DNA from: Octopus sinensis | Taxonomy: Eukaryota | Assembly (NCBI RefSeq): GCF_006345805.1 | Contig: NC_043009.1 | Span: forward strand, 56,110,001 to 56,174,000 | Direction: 5' to 3' | Length of the DNA: 64,000 bases | Shown: one piece after another, positions 11,099-24,698 of the stretch | Position numbering within the stretch: position 1 is the first letter of the stretch | How the letters are laid out: the number at the start of each line of letters is the position of its first letter | Position numbers and translations under genes: made by a program | Notes under the pieces: generated by a model | The model's database searches: none | The model's input: only the letters and a program-made list of their open reading frames with translations | Told to the model about the DNA's origin: nothing

Positions 11099-11878
11099 GC
11101 TTTTTTTTTTCAGTCATAGAGTTAGATTTATGAAGGTCTTCAGTAGAAAATCCTTCGAATTCTGACTCGCTGCTTGATATAATGAAATTCGTATCCATTT
11201 TTTGTCAGAATTACAAATTTTGAAAACACAATAGGAACAAATTTCGGAAAAAAATCTCCCATAATTCACGGAATTAAAATTACACTTCGATTTTTGTACA
11301 AAACTGTATTTGAAGTGTTTACAAAGTATAATACGTGTTTTCACGAATGTACTAAAGAGATTTACTCTGATATTCTCATTTAAATATGAATAGGTAAATT
11401 CGGGCGGTTTGGTAACGAAAGGGTTTATATAAGTGTCGTCTGTTTATACATAAACACTGTTTCATACTTTCAGTTTAGTCTTCCTCAAATCACTCTGTCG
11501 CTATTTACTCTCTTCCAAGAACATTTTCACTCACTCTTATCTGTTAGCTTGCCATACATTTTACTCATGTATCTATCAGCGTGATAGACAGAAACAAATA
11601 TTACATCTAGTTTCACTTTATTCGTTGCACACTGTGTGTGTGCGTTTGCGTGTGCTGTAAACCAGACTAAGAAAAGCATTTGACATACACACCAGAATGT
11701 GAGTTTTCTGTAAATTTTGCTTAATTGGAGTTTAAATTTTAAAAACTGGACCTGGCAAAACCCGATGCATTCTACTCTTAAAAATGCTAGGTAAATTGTA
11801 ATTGAAGAAATCCTATATTGTAGATTTCTATAACTGACAAAGGGAGGCAGATAAAATCTGCCTTTTATAATAAGAGAT
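11099..11878 (+). mobile_element. Second Helentron-like element (different family)
   Basis: Subterminal hairpin aggcagat-aaa-atctgcct (11845-11863) followed by tttataataagagat. CpG-rich. Confidence 0.5.
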
Positions 11879-12052
11879 ACACAGGTTTGAATCTTGCTAC
11901 ATTTTTACATTTCTATGGCCTCACATATACTTTATATTTGAAAGTTTTGCTTAAAATGAACACTTGTAAGTAACAATGCACACAGATACACAGTGGATAA
12001 CAATATTAATTGTAAATTTTGCATAGCAATAAGAAAATTGTAAGAAACTTAC

Positions 12053-12146
12053 TATTAAGGATGTCTCCAAATTCCAACATATCATCATTTCCCATCAGAG
12101 TGTCAAGTAACACATTGGAAGATGGTAAGCATGGCAGGTGTTGCAC
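12053..12146 (-). CDS. POMP: POMP exon 5 (VQHLPCLPSSNVLLDTLMGNDDMLEFGDILN)
   Basis: Recognisable match to human POMP VQRLPFLSSSNLSLDVLRGNDETIGFEDILN. Acceptor ttgtttatag|, donor A|gtaagt, 94 nt. Confidence 0.95.
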
Positions 12147-12367
12147 CTATAAACAAACAAGGAAAATTCATTCTTAGAAATAGTTTGTTTATTTAATTCC
12201 TCAGATAAGCCTGGACTGTGTGGGTTGTATATAGTGCTGCAAATTTAGGAAATTTTACCAAACCAAACTGTTGAATATGCAGAGCAAATGAGGGAGCCAC
12301 TACATAGTTGCTTAACTTGTTACAAACAACAGCTAAATTCCCTCAAATAACACCACTACACATTTAA

Positions 12368-12543
12368 CCCTTTAGCATCCAAACAGGCCATATCTGGCTT
12401 CTCACACCATCCCTACAATGTCAATCTAAACATAAACAACCACATCATCAAAATTACAAACTTATGAGATAATACATGATTAATTTGAAACAATGTGGAT
12501 AAATAAGCATTACAGTTGATGGATTAATATGAATGCTAAAGGG
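12368..12543. mobile_element. piggyBac-like MITE, family A
   Basis: TTAA|CCCTTTAGCAT ... ATGCTAAAGGG|TTAA: 11-bp TIRs with TTAA target duplication. Confidence 0.85.
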
Positions 12544-15150
12544 TTAAAAGAAAGGGCTCGTTAGACCAAGTAGTACTAGAAGCCCCACCAAAAAAAGGAG
12601 ACAGGCATGGCTGGATTTCTTTTGATCTTAAGTCTGCTCAGTCAAAGCTAGACAATAACATCAACAGAAACATTGAAGATTATGTCTGATGCTGCACACA
12701 CATTTTCAATACATGGCTTTTAGGCTTGTAATCCAACATTCCAACTACTCAAATTTTGTGTAAGTTTAAGTGGATTTAGTTAATTCTGACATTGATATAT
12801 ATAGGGTAGATGGAAACTTAGACCAATGAAAAAAGTTTGCTGCAAAACAGGTCTTACACAAAAAGAATCCTAAAAAATTACAGAATGTTATGTCAAGATT
12901 CAAGGAATTTCTATTAAGAAAAAAATATAGAGAGAGATGTTAGAAAGATGTATCACATGGCTTTAATTGGCTTAGCTCTGTTAGTACTATAAAGATAAAA
13001 TCAACTGAAAAAAAAGTGCTTCACTTCAGAGAGAAGTTGTGGAAGGGGGAGACCCAGGAAAACGTGGGGCAAAGTATTGAAGGCCAATCTCAAAATGTTG
13101 ATCCTTACTAAGATGACAGAGGGCCAAGATATGTGGCACATTGCTGTACCCAAGAAGACCCACCCACCACAATAGAATCGATATCTGAAAACCAATGTGC
13201 CATATAAAAAGCCTTGGCATGGGTGCTGATGCCAAATAAAAAGCACTGGTGCTGGCGCCACATAAAGAGCACTCAGTAAACTCTGTAAAGTGGTTGGTAT
13301 TAGGAAGGGCATCCAGCTGTAGAAACCAAGCTAAAATGGACTATGGAACCTAGTGCAGCCCTTGGCCTTGCTAGTCCCTATCAAGCCATCCAACCCATGC
13401 CAGCATGGAAAACAGACATTAAATGTTGACGATGATGATGACAATACTCCCAAAAATGTGTTTATGTGTAGTGGGAACAGCATAGCAAAGTGAATCATAT
13501 AAGATTTGGAATAAGAGATTTTGGAAACACCAACATTAGTCAGCTTGGAGGAGATATGCAGCTCAAAGAATGACTTCACTATTTAGGTAGCTAAAGTGAT
13601 ATCCTGATTCTGTGGAGCAAAAGACGTTATGATCCATGAAACTAGACTTACTCTGCTCTTTTACCCATGACAAATACATGACTCATAGCATCACACCCTT
13701 TGCTGTTTTATCAATACAGTTATGGCTGTATGGTTAAGAAACTGGCTTCCTAGCCATGTGGTTTCAGGTTCGGTCTCACTGTGCAGCACCTTGGGCAGTC
13801 TTCTACTATAGCCCCAGGCTGACCAAAGTCTTTGCAAGTGGATTTTGTAGATGGAAAGCATAGGTATATTGAGTTCTACACCAGAATATTAGTATCACAA
13901 TGTCAAAATGAAATATATATATATATATATGGTGGTAGGAAGGGCATCCAGCTGTAGAAACTTTGGCAGATCAGATTGGAGCCTGGTGCAGTCTTCTGGC
14001 TTGCACTTTCTGGAAAGCAGATGTTAAACAATGACAATGACGATGATACATATAATGTGTATCATATGTGTGTAAGCACCCATGTTTAACATCATGTGAT
14101 GTTTGTAAACAAGTGTCACTGTCATAAAAGCAGCGTTGTTCATTTTTAGTCTTCCATGAAACACATGCCTGGCCATAGGGAAATATCACCTTACTTGGAA
14201 ACAGGTGAGGTTTGGTGACAGGAAGAGCACCTGGCCACAGAAAATCTGCTTCAACAAATTCCACCTGAACCATGCAAGTATGGGAAAGAGGACATTAAAA
14301 CAACGATAATGATGATTATGATGACCCTCAACATCATATTCTTCACAAGTACTGCCAGACCTCTGAATTTCTAATGTATGGATTATTATCTCTACACAGC
14401 CACTGGAGAACAAAAGCTGAGTTTCTTATCCAAGGCAAAAATATATTTCCACTATAAGCAGCTGGACTGAAGCATCATGAAATGAAGTGTTTTGCTCAAG
14501 AACACAATACATCACCCAGTCTGGGATTTGAAACCATGATCTTACTATCATGAATGCAATACTCTAACCACTAGGTCACATGCTTTCACTAACTGATAAA
14601 GAGAGGAAGGAAAATATCAGAGAAGTGATTTTGCCAAAGAGATCCCCTAACTTCAAACACCAGTTGCAACATTTATCCATACCCACCCTAGGAACAGCAT
14701 GTATTATTAAACTATTTCATAACTACATGCCATCTGACAGTCACAGGGGAAATTATGTAGCTAAATTAAAATTCCAGACATATTTGGAAGAAGAGAGGTA
14801 GAAACATAATTCAGAGTAAATTATAATACTTTTCCATTTGTTTTTTCTTTTCTTTCCATCCAATTTTTCCATGCTAGCATAGGTTAAATGAAGAAAGTAT
14901 TGTAGCACAGTTTTACTGCTGGACACCCTTCCTAACCCTCACTTATTTTTCAAGTAAGAGGAGCTCTTACTTCAAAGGTGCAAAACTGATGGACAATTTG
15001 TTGATGGGGAAAAATGATAAAAATACATCACTTGTAGCTGGGCAATTATCAGAGAGGTGAAAATGTAAACAAACATACAGACTCGCACATATATTTGGGA
15101 TTAGGAAAGGCAATCCAGCAGTAGAACCCATGCCAAAGCAGATACTAGAG

Positions 15151-15464
15151 CAGGGCTGGCCAACTTGAGGCCCACGGGCCGCAGGCTTTAATCTTGCAGC
15201 CCACTTAATACTTTCATGAAATGGGTTTATTTAAACAAACATTTTAAAATTTTATCAAAAATTAAAGATTGTAATGAAAAGGAAAAAAGAAAGATTCTAT
15301 TGTTTTTGCAACAATAATATGTTGAATAAACGATCATTCATTCATTATTGTAATAATAGCATGAGAAAGCAAAATGCTTTCAATTCTGTCAGTATACAAG
15401 CAGCCCTCAAAAAACTTTCTGTAATTAAAGTGGCCCGCAATATAATTCAAGTTCACCAGGCCTG
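15151..15464. mobile_element. hAT-like MITE
   Basis: Ends cagggctggccaacttgaggcccacgggccgca ... tggcccgcaatataattcaagttcaccaggcctg. No clear 8-bp TSD seen. Confidence 0.55.
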
Positions 15465-15652
15465 GTCCAGGGCTCTAGCAGAACATACTTGCCCAAAGTG
15501 CCATGCAGTGGGGTTGAACTTGAAGCCTTGTGGTTTAGAAGCGATCTTAAGTACAGAGCCAAGCCATTATGTACTAAATGACCTAAACAAACCTTAACCC
15601 TCTCCTTCACTCTCCTCCAAATAGAAAAGACAATAATGAAAGCAATAGTCAC

Positions 15653-15754
15653 CTTAGAAACAGCTAATCTCTCCATTTTCAGTCTGAGAGGAGCATGAAT
15701 ACCTTGGATTTTTCGAAGATTTGCAAAGTCCATTGCTTCATTCTTCTCTGCGTA
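15653..15754 (-). CDS. POMP: POMP exon 4 (YAEKNEAMDFANLRKIQGIHAPLRLKMERLAVSK)
   Basis: UMP1-family motif LRxIQGxxAPLxLxME. Acceptor ctcttttcaag|, donor AAG|gtgact, 102 nt, phase 0 to 0. Confidence 0.97.
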
Positions 15755-16180
15755 CTTGAAAAGAGAAATTTTAATAAAATAATCAATTATGTAAATAAAT
15801 AAATAAAAATAAAAAACAAAATAAAACATACAATAAAATTAAACAAAGAAACAATTTCTGGTTTGGGTATTTAGCAGATATTAAGTGAGAAAGTGCCATA
15901 AATTCATGATGGGAGATATCCATTATATAAAAGCAGAACAAGGAAGTTTTAGTATTTTACATCATAGTCAGTTTCTCTCTAATTCTCTATCTCTATATAG
16001 CACTTTGGACGAAATTAGTACATCACATACTCTATGTATTTCTTCCTATTTCTCCAACATACCAGAAGCATAAACACATAAAGCAAACATTAGAATGTAA
16101 ATGTAACATTTATCATTTTTTTTTATATCCTTATCATCACTGGCTTATATATCTTACAGCTAAGAAGAAATAAATCTTAC

Positions 16181-16241
16181 ATGTTTCTCAGACAACTCCA
16201 GTGGATGAGATGCAACCAGCTTACTTTGGGCCTGCTGCAAA
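16181..16241 (-). CDS. POMP: POMP exon 3 (LQQAQSKLVASHPLELSEKH)
   Basis: SHPLELSEK matches the UMP1 HPLE motif. Acceptor tttccaatttcag|, donor |gtaaga, 61 nt, phase 2 to 0. Confidence 0.95.
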
Positions 16242-18328
16242 CTGAAATTGGAAACAAGAAGTATAGTGAGTGATATTTATTAGAGATATTTATTAGAACA
16301 ACAAATCAAGCAGACATCAGCTGAAGTGCCGAGCAAAAGAGTATGGCTTCAATATGTAACGTTGGATTCAGATACTAATAATAGTAATAAAATACAACTG
16401 AGGTACAGGAATGACTGTGTGGTGAAGAAGCTTGCTTTGCAACCATGTTGTTCCAGGTTCAGTCCCCGTGTGTGGCACTTTGGGCAAGAGTCTTCTACTA
16501 CAGCACTGGATCAACCAATGACTTGTGAGTGAATTTCATAGACGGAAATTGTATGGATGTCTATTTGTGTGTGCGTGTGTGTATGTATGCGTATGCATGT
16601 GTGTGCATGCATACGTTTCTGTATGTGTCTCTCACTTCTTGACAACAAGTGTTGGTTTGTTTGCATCCCTGTTACCAGACAGTTTGGTTGGTAGAAAGAG
16701 ACAGAATAAGTATGTTGCCATCACTACCACTGCCACGACCACCACCGCCACCGCCATCATCATTAGAATAAGTAGCAGACTTAAAAGTGAACACTCGTTG
16801 AGGAGGAGCTGACCTGAAACTAAACTCTTTAAGACAGTGCCTTAGTATGGCCACAGTCCAGTTAATGAAACTAGTAAAAGAATAAAAGAGCAACTACATA
16901 AACGAATGTACTGTTCATGGATGAAAGCACCCACTACATAAACTCAATCAAGACTGTAACTCACCTCAGAAGTAAGTTCTCTATCATGAACAATTTATAT
17001 TGTACTCTCTATAACTGTTTTTTTACTACCATGTACAATGACCTCTATACCTCCAAATATGACTTTCTGCCAATGAAACCAATCCTGTGCTCCGAATTTT
17101 CCTTCTTTTATTACAGTCCCACAACACTCGTTGAAACTCCAACTGCTAATATTACAAACTGAACATTAACCAACTCCACTTAACTATCTCTACTCATACA
17201 TGTAAAACAATTATGAACTCCACCCTTATTACTCAAGATTAAAAACAATATTTAATCAAGGAAAAATAAATGCTTGAAAATTTCCAAGTTAGTGCGTGTG
17301 TGTGTGTGAGAAAGAGAGAGAGAGAGAGAGAGAGCACTCATCTTTCCCCTTTTTCCTGGCTGGCCATATATGTGGTGTGTATGTGTGTGCATCATCATCA
17401 TTTAACATCCACTCTTCCATGCTTGCATGGGTCAGACAGAATTTGTTGAGGTACATGTTCTACAGCTGCATGTCCTTTCTCTCACAAACCTTTACTTGTT
17501 TCCAAGGTCACAATTCCCCATGGTCATACATGATTTTCTGGGAAGATTGGAAATGAACAACATCGCTTATATATTGATGACACTTGTTTACACACACACA
17601 CATATATACATTATTAATAATTGACAGAAGTTACAGAGTAACTCAAGGCCCATGAGTTTTGGGCATTGACACTTATCAAATGCCCATTGAGTTACTCTGT
17701 CCATAATAAAAAATATATATATAATCATGTCTTGAGTTCTATTTTCCTGTTTGCATCACCCCACCACAGATGCATACATTTTATATATACAACAGACTTC
17801 TTTCAGCTTCTGTCTACCAAATCCACTTACAAGGCATTGGTTAGCTCAGATCCAGGGCTATAGTAGATGACATTCACCCAAGGCGTCACACGATGGAACT
17901 GAACCCAAAACGATATGGTCGGGAAGCAAGCTTCTTAATTGCCCTTATGGAAGAGCTATTTTGTGGACCCATGTCAATGACCAGGTCACAGTCTGTGACA
18001 GAAATTTTGCAACCTTAAGTTATATAAACTCAAAGTGAATTTAAGAGTTTTTGAGTGTTCTTCAAATAACCAAAATGGTCCTTCTACTACATAATTCTTT
18101 CAGTTTCAACTCTGTTTCATATCAAGTCATTTACTAGAGATGCCTAACTCCACAACTTTATATAATATCAATAGACAAGCTGAAGAAATAAAATATTTGT
18201 AAATTAGAATACTTGTACTACAAAAAGAAACATAGGTTACTTGTTAATTATTATAGTGGAAATACTGTTTAAGAGAAATGGTACAGAAATTCAGAGTGGA
18301 ATGTAACAATAGTTCTCAGTGTACTTAC

Positions 18329-18432
18329 CCAGTGATCATAACATCATGGAATCCATATTCTCCACTGGTCGGCAGAGTTATATCTTGCTGTTTCGCAAAA
18401 CATGTATTTTTCTTATCTAATGATGCAAAATT
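18329..18432 (-). CDS. POMP: POMP exon 2 (NFASLDKKNTCFAKQQDITLPTSGEYGFHDVMITG)
   Basis: Acceptor tttatttccccacag|, donor GG|gtaagt. Phase 0 to 2 joins exon 3; GxHDxxxxG resembles the POMP N-terminus. Confidence 0.9.
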
Positions 18433-19260
18433 CTGTGGGGAAATAAAAATAATAGTGCCAGTGAGTGGTAATAAGAGTACAGAGAGATAGGTTATGGTTA
18501 GAAAGTATGATGGATAAAGGTTTGAAAATGTTGAGCTTCATAAATAACACAGGATCATGACAAACCATTCACTTTAAAAACTAGTGGAAATGATAACAAC
18601 GATGATGATGAGGAGGAGGAGGAGGAGGAATACTGCTTCTTTTTAGGGAAAGCACTAAGGTAAAAAGATAACAAAGAAAACAACACACAGGAGTGTCATA
18701 TGAGGGAATCTGAAAACTCATCATTACCATGAACTCATTAATATACTCATAGTGAAACTAAATGGAATTTTCAACTGAGCCTCATATTGAAATGCAGTGT
18801 TGTTTTTATTGTTGCAGTTTAATCTCAAGTCAACTCTGATGAAATGCATTACCAGCTGGGACCACTCAATCTTTTTTTGGACACCAGGGACTACTTTGTT
18901 TAATGTATCCTTTTTGTTATTTAAGACAAAACATTAGGTTTTGAAAGAAATTCAGCTGTTATTTCTAGCAGATTAAGTGACTGCATAGATGCTCCCTTGC
19001 CGATTCAGAAATGAAATGTCTTACATAGAATAGCATGAACACTTTGAGTGAGATACAAGAATACATTAAGGATATCATATACATGCCTGTCATATCACTG
19101 TTGAAATAAATAAAAAATGATCTAGGCTATTACTATTAACAAAAATAATTTCAACAATTTTCTCCTAATTATTAGTAATTATACATTAAAATTTCAACTA
19201 TGGAATTATTAAAAATTAGCATACAACTTTGGACACCTTTAAGGAAGTATGAACATTTAA

Positions 19261-19484
19261 CCCTTTTGATACCAACCTTAACTGAGACTACCCCCGATTC
19301 TATAATACTCACATGTTATTTTAAAGTGATCTAAATTAAAACTATCCATCAAAATTTCATGTAAATTTAAATTCCAAACACCAGCTTAACAACGACAAAA
19401 ATATTTTACTAAACTTTTCATTAGTTTCTAGATTTTCTAGAAACAAAGGTGGCTTAATTCAACAGAAATATGGTAACAGCAGGG
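19261..19484. mobile_element. piggyBac-like MITE, family B
   Basis: TTAA|CCCTTTTGATACC ... GGTAACAGCAGGG|TTAA. Related copies at 22060, 41633 and 49041. Confidence 0.75.
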
Positions 19485-20309
19485 TTAAAGGTCAATGGAT
19501 AATTCCTAATTTAAACACAAAGTCAGCAATTTTGAAGGGAGAGGAAATCAATTAAATTAACTCATACTTTATTCTAATCAACTCTTGAAGGGTGAAAGGC
19601 AATGGTGATCATAGCTGGATTTGAATGCAGAATGCTAGGTGCTAGAACAAACATTACAAGATATTTTGTCTGATAGAATGCTACCAACCTATTGCTTTGA
19701 TTTAAAGGCTATTTCTAGCAGAGGATTGAAATCTGGAGGATGCAATTAACCAAATTTTTGGCTTAGAAGATAAATTACCATAGGGATAACAGTGTAATGT
19801 GTTTCAGCTTCTTTTTAAAAAAAAGACATTGCGACCTCAATGTTGGACTAAACTTAATTTTGTCAACTCCAAATGGATGAAAGGCAAACTCGACTATGAC
19901 AAGATTTGAACCCATAATGTAAAGAACCATAACTAAATACCGCAATGCTTCAACAATTCTGTCAATCCACAGTTTTGATTTAATGACTAATCACTAACAA
20001 ACCTCAAACTTCTAAACCAGTCACTTTTGATATCTAACTTCACCCAGTAACGAAAATTTCTAAAAGCTAGGTAGAAGACTAATCTACTTAAAAAGAGAAG
20101 CGAGAAGGGATACAGTCAATATAAGGAAGCTGTATTATCTTATTACTATTGCATTAAATAAAATATTTAAAAAAATGGAAATTGTCATCCAACTACACTA
20201 ACTTGTAATAATTCAAGCATCACATCAACCACACTAATTACATCAATCTTGTCAAACAATCTCACCCACCATGACTACACTGATATAAATATATTTTTAC
20301 ATCAAGCAT

Positions 20310-20960
20310 TAATGTGATGAAGTGTCCCAACTAAGTTAAAAACAAGGCTAGCGCAAGTGCTCATTTGGTCAATAGACATTTATGGTTGTGAAGCATGGAC
20401 TCTGAACAAACTTGAAGAGAAGATAATCAATGTGTTTGAAATGTGGGGGTATAGGAGAATGTTGTGCATCTCTTACAAGCATCATTGGACAAATGAATGA
20501 GTGTTACAACAAGTGGATGAAAGATGATAACTCCTGAACATTGTAAGACAAAAGCTCTTTTTATCATGGGCAGTAGATGAAGAGGCAGGCAAAGAACACA
20601 ACGAATGGACAAGAATGGTAAGGCAGCTGGAAAACTTTCCTTGTAGTATCATCAATGTGCTGCAGGCATACGATACATGATGATAATGACAGTTAATGTG
20701 ACATAGAGATAAAATATTGAATTTCCTGTATACCAAAAAGAGTGAGGAAGCTTATTTGATTTAGTGAAGACAGGAAGTGAAAGGAATAATGTTCATATCT
20801 TTCAAGATTTAAATAGTACTATAAATAAGAAGTATACATGACCATATGGTGTGAAATAAATAGCACAGTGAGTGCACCATTAATTGTTGGTCAATTGGGT
20901 TGTGGAGGCACCACTGAAATGTGTATATAGGAGAGGTCAACCTGATGAAAACTGGACTTT
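20310..20960 (+). mobile_element. Decayed RTE-clade LINE, C-terminal ORF fragment
   Basis: Translates to LKTRLAQVLIWSIDIYGCEAWTLNKLEEKIINVFEMWGYRRMLCISY, resembling RTE YGCExWTL...FEMWxYRRML, with stops and frameshifts. Confidence 0.8.
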
Positions 20961-22059
20961 TACCAAGCTATAAAAATTTTTTTAAAAAACTTGCACTCCA
21001 CACTACAAGTTAATGAAAAACTTCTCTCAATTAAGAAGTGCTCATATTGCTTAGAGCAGCAAAATGTACCTTCCAACATAACCTATTCAGAGCCAGGTAC
21101 ACTAAGCTAGCAAGGCCAAGAGTCAGGGACTTCCAGTTGGCACACTGACACTGTTGTTCTAATCAGAGTAACATAAAAGGCTTAAACAAAGCTGTTTTCT
21201 ATCAGTAAGTAGTTCACTGCTTTGTTCATCTGGTCAGTCTTAGCACTTCTATAAATAGTGCAGAACAAGATATGTATGGAAGAGTTGAATTGCTTGCTTG
21301 TGTGTTTGTTTATATAGATACGTTTGGATACATGAGCTGCATAACAATTAATTAAAAATCTAGTCACACATTTACATGCATATCCAATGATAACACTAAT
21401 ACAGTGTGTAAAGATGGCAATAGATTACCTAGTATCTACTGTGTTAGAATAAATTTAACCTCTCAGATAAGTTAGATTTAAAAGGTGAAAGAATAGGAAG
21501 GTGTGTGTGTGTGCATGCATTATATAATCATAAAGGAGCAAGGAACAACATCAAGTAACTGGAAGAGTAGCTAGCAGTTAGATATATTTAGCAAGGGGAC
21601 AAGCATAAAGTAAGAAGTTTGCACATGTTCTGCAATGTGAGGATCAGAAGAAAGGTGTTCTGGATATATCAATATAAATTGGGAAGTCAGTAGCAAAAAA
21701 ATCACACATATATTGGAAGTGGTGCACATACCCCTACAAATAGCAAAATGAAACAGGAATGGAATTAGGATGCATGGGATTGCCACAATGAGAGGTTACT
21801 AATGAGGAAAATTCATGGGAGAGAGAAGTACTACCCTAAATTGAATATACCTATAATTCAAAGGTTCAGCCTTGTCAAAAATAGTGTCACACTAATTTAA
21901 CTTAAGGGTAATTATGCCTGTGGAGTAGTTGGTTACATACAACTTGATTTAAAGAGTAGGTGGACCAGTTGATCAAACTGAATGCTCATTGTCAAAACTG
22001 ACAAGAAAATCCAGGATTCACTTAAAGTATTAAAATAAACAAGTTGAAATGGTCATTAA

Positions 22060-22272
22060 CCCTTTTCATATGAACCTCCCTGAAATTGCATCTGACCCCG
22101 TGATACAAACTTCTTTAAGTAACCTAAAAAAATTAAAACCTCCCACTAAACACAAAACTCAATAAACACTAACTCAATAAACGACAAAGTTATTTTACTA
22201 ATTTCTTCATTATTTACGAAATTAATTAAAGCAAAAGCAGTATATTTCTATAGAAATATGGTGACAAAAAGG
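22060..22272. mobile_element. piggyBac-like MITE, family B
   Basis: TTAA|CCCTTTTCATA ... GACAAAAAGG|TTAA. Confidence 0.7.
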
Positions 22273-22289
22273 TTAAGGATTTGAAAGCA

Positions 22290-22790
22290 GGGAAAACAGC
22301 TGGACCATCAGGAAGAGTTCCCTATATGCTGAAAATATCCAGCCAAGATCAGCAATAGTTACTCTCATTGTCAATCAGGTCGTACAGGAAGGAGTCATTC
22401 CCAATGACTAGTTTAGCAATATCATCATCAACTGCTACAAGGACAGAGGAAATTCTCAGGATATTTAATCTGAGATATTTAACTGATGAATCAGGTTATG
22501 AAAGTAACAGAAAGAGAAGTTACAGCACAACTAATTAGGAAGAAAACCATCTTAGAAGAGCAGCAGTTCAGACTTGCACTAAAACAGGGTACTACTGATG
22601 CCCTCTCTTAGTAAAACGGACTTGTACCAGGATACCACTCTTGGGAGTTTTGCAAGGCATGTACAGCAAGGTAAGAGCTAGTGAGTGCACATCAGGAATC
22701 AGTTCTTGACCAGATCTTGCCCATCACAGCTCTCCAGTCTATAACACAGCAACTGTTTAAGACTGACTGTTGGTGGAATTCTGCAAGCCT
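22290..22790 (+). mobile_element. Decayed LINE reverse-transcriptase N-terminal fragment (RTE-like)
   Basis: IVNQVVQEGVIPND*..IIINCYKDRG and NQVMKVTER..EEQQF..GTTDAL resemble the RT motifs IPxDW..YKxKG and Q.GF..GTTDA. Confidence 0.7.
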
Positions 22791-24270
22791 AAGATCTGAT
22801 TCAAAACATAAACAATCACACCATCAAAATCTCAAAACTCTGAGATAATGCAGTGATTAATTCAAATCAATGTGAATGAATATGTATTATATTTGACAGA
22901 GTGATCTGAATGTAGAAGGGTTAAAGAAATGACAACGGAGGGGGGGGGTTTAACAAGTGATGAGACAATGTGTTAAGAAGAATGATACAATCCATGCAAG
23001 CATGAAGAAGAGAAGAGAGGGTGGAGGGGGAGGTTCTGATAAGCAAGATTATATTTAGCTGTTCAATAAAGTGTTACAGAATAGGAGTGCTTCCATGATC
23101 GGTTGTACAGGAAACATATTGACAAAGAACGATATTACAGAAAAACAAACAAAACTATAATGATTATATCACAAATTAGGGAGTAGAACATTGGAGCATT
23201 TCCTGCTAGAGCTAGATTATATCTTCCTTTCCTTATACAATATGCTTGACAGAGAGTAATGATAATAACAAGAGTGCTTTGATTTGTTTTGTAACCAGTG
23301 AGACTAGTAAGTGTAAACTTCCTTATTCCTTTTCAAGAACAATAAGTTACAATAAATAAAATACAATAAACTAGGTTTCACATACCCTAAATGAAAAAAA
23401 AATTATTTATCTTTTCTGTGAGATTAAGAAGCTAGATATGGTTACACAACAATTGAGACGATAGAGACTATGACAGGGAAACAATAACGTTAAATTATAT
23501 ATAAAAAAAAAGAGAAATTAAAAAATAACATCATCATCATCATCTTATGTCCATTCTCCATGCTGGCATGGGTTGGACAGTTTGACTGGAGCTGGCAAGC
23601 CAGAGGGCTGCACCAGGCCCCAGTCATCTATTCTGGCATGGTCTCTCAATGGGTAGATGCCCATCCTAACACCAACCACTTTACAGAGTGTACTGGGTGC
23701 TTTTACGTGGCACTGGTATGGTTGTATTTTATGTAGCACCAACATCTGTGTTTTTTACACGGCACCAGTATGGGCTTGGCATCCCTTTTCTTACCATATT
23801 CCTGTTGAAATATACTGCAAATAGTTATCATTTATTTTTTACTTTGTTTTGGTCAATAAAGTGCAGCCATGCTGGGGCACCACATTTGATAAATCTTCAG
23901 CCAAACTAATCGACCCCAGTACTTATTTTCTTTTAAAGCCTGGTACTTATTCTATCAGTCTCTCTAGCTGAACTGCTAAGTCACAGGGATATAAACACAC
24001 CAACACTGGTCAACAAGCAGTGATGGGAAACAAACACAGACACACACACACACACATGACAGGCTTCTTTCAGTTTCTGCGAATCAAATCCATCCACATG
24101 GCTTGGGTTGGCCCAAAGCTATAGTAGAAGACACTTACTGAAGGTGCTATGCAGTGGGACTAAACAACCTGGAACCATGTGGTAAGAAGTGAAATAACTT
24201 TGTCATTATGCAAGAGTGGTGTTAGGCAGATTGGTACCAAAAGGGATAGTTTGAGAAAATTTCATCAATA

Positions 24271-24477
24271 CTTTCTCTCTTTTACTTGTTTCAGTCATTT
24301 GACTGTGGCCATGCTGGAGCACCACTTTAGTCAAGCAAATCGACCCTGGGACTTATTCTTTGTAAGCCCAGTACTTATTCTATCAGTCTCTTTTTGCCGA
24401 ACTGCTAAGTGACGGGGACGTAAACACACCAGCATCGGTTGTCAAGCAATGCTAGGGGGACAAAGACAGACACACAA

Positions 24478-24534
<57 letters not shown>

Positions 24535-24698
24535 TACGACAGGCTTCTTTCAGTTTCCGTCTACCAAATCCACTCACAAGGCATTGGTCGGCCCGGGGCT
24601 ATAGCAGAAGACACTTGCCCAAGATGCCATGCAGTGGGACTGAACCCAGAACCATGTGGTTGGTTAGCAAGCTACTTACCACACAGCCACTCCTGCGC
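24271..24698 (-). mobile_element. Young full-length tRNA-headed CORE-like SINE (OR2-like)
   Basis: Head gcgcaggagtggctgtgtggtaag, core accttgggcaagtgtcttc-like, internal TA/CA microsatellite, tail tgactgaaacaagtaaaaga. Near-identical to 44258 and 57884. Confidence 0.9.

Noticed and set aside
22483-22510. CTGATGA..GAAA on the plus strand
   Set aside because: It falls inside a LINE RT remnant and lacks stems I and III.
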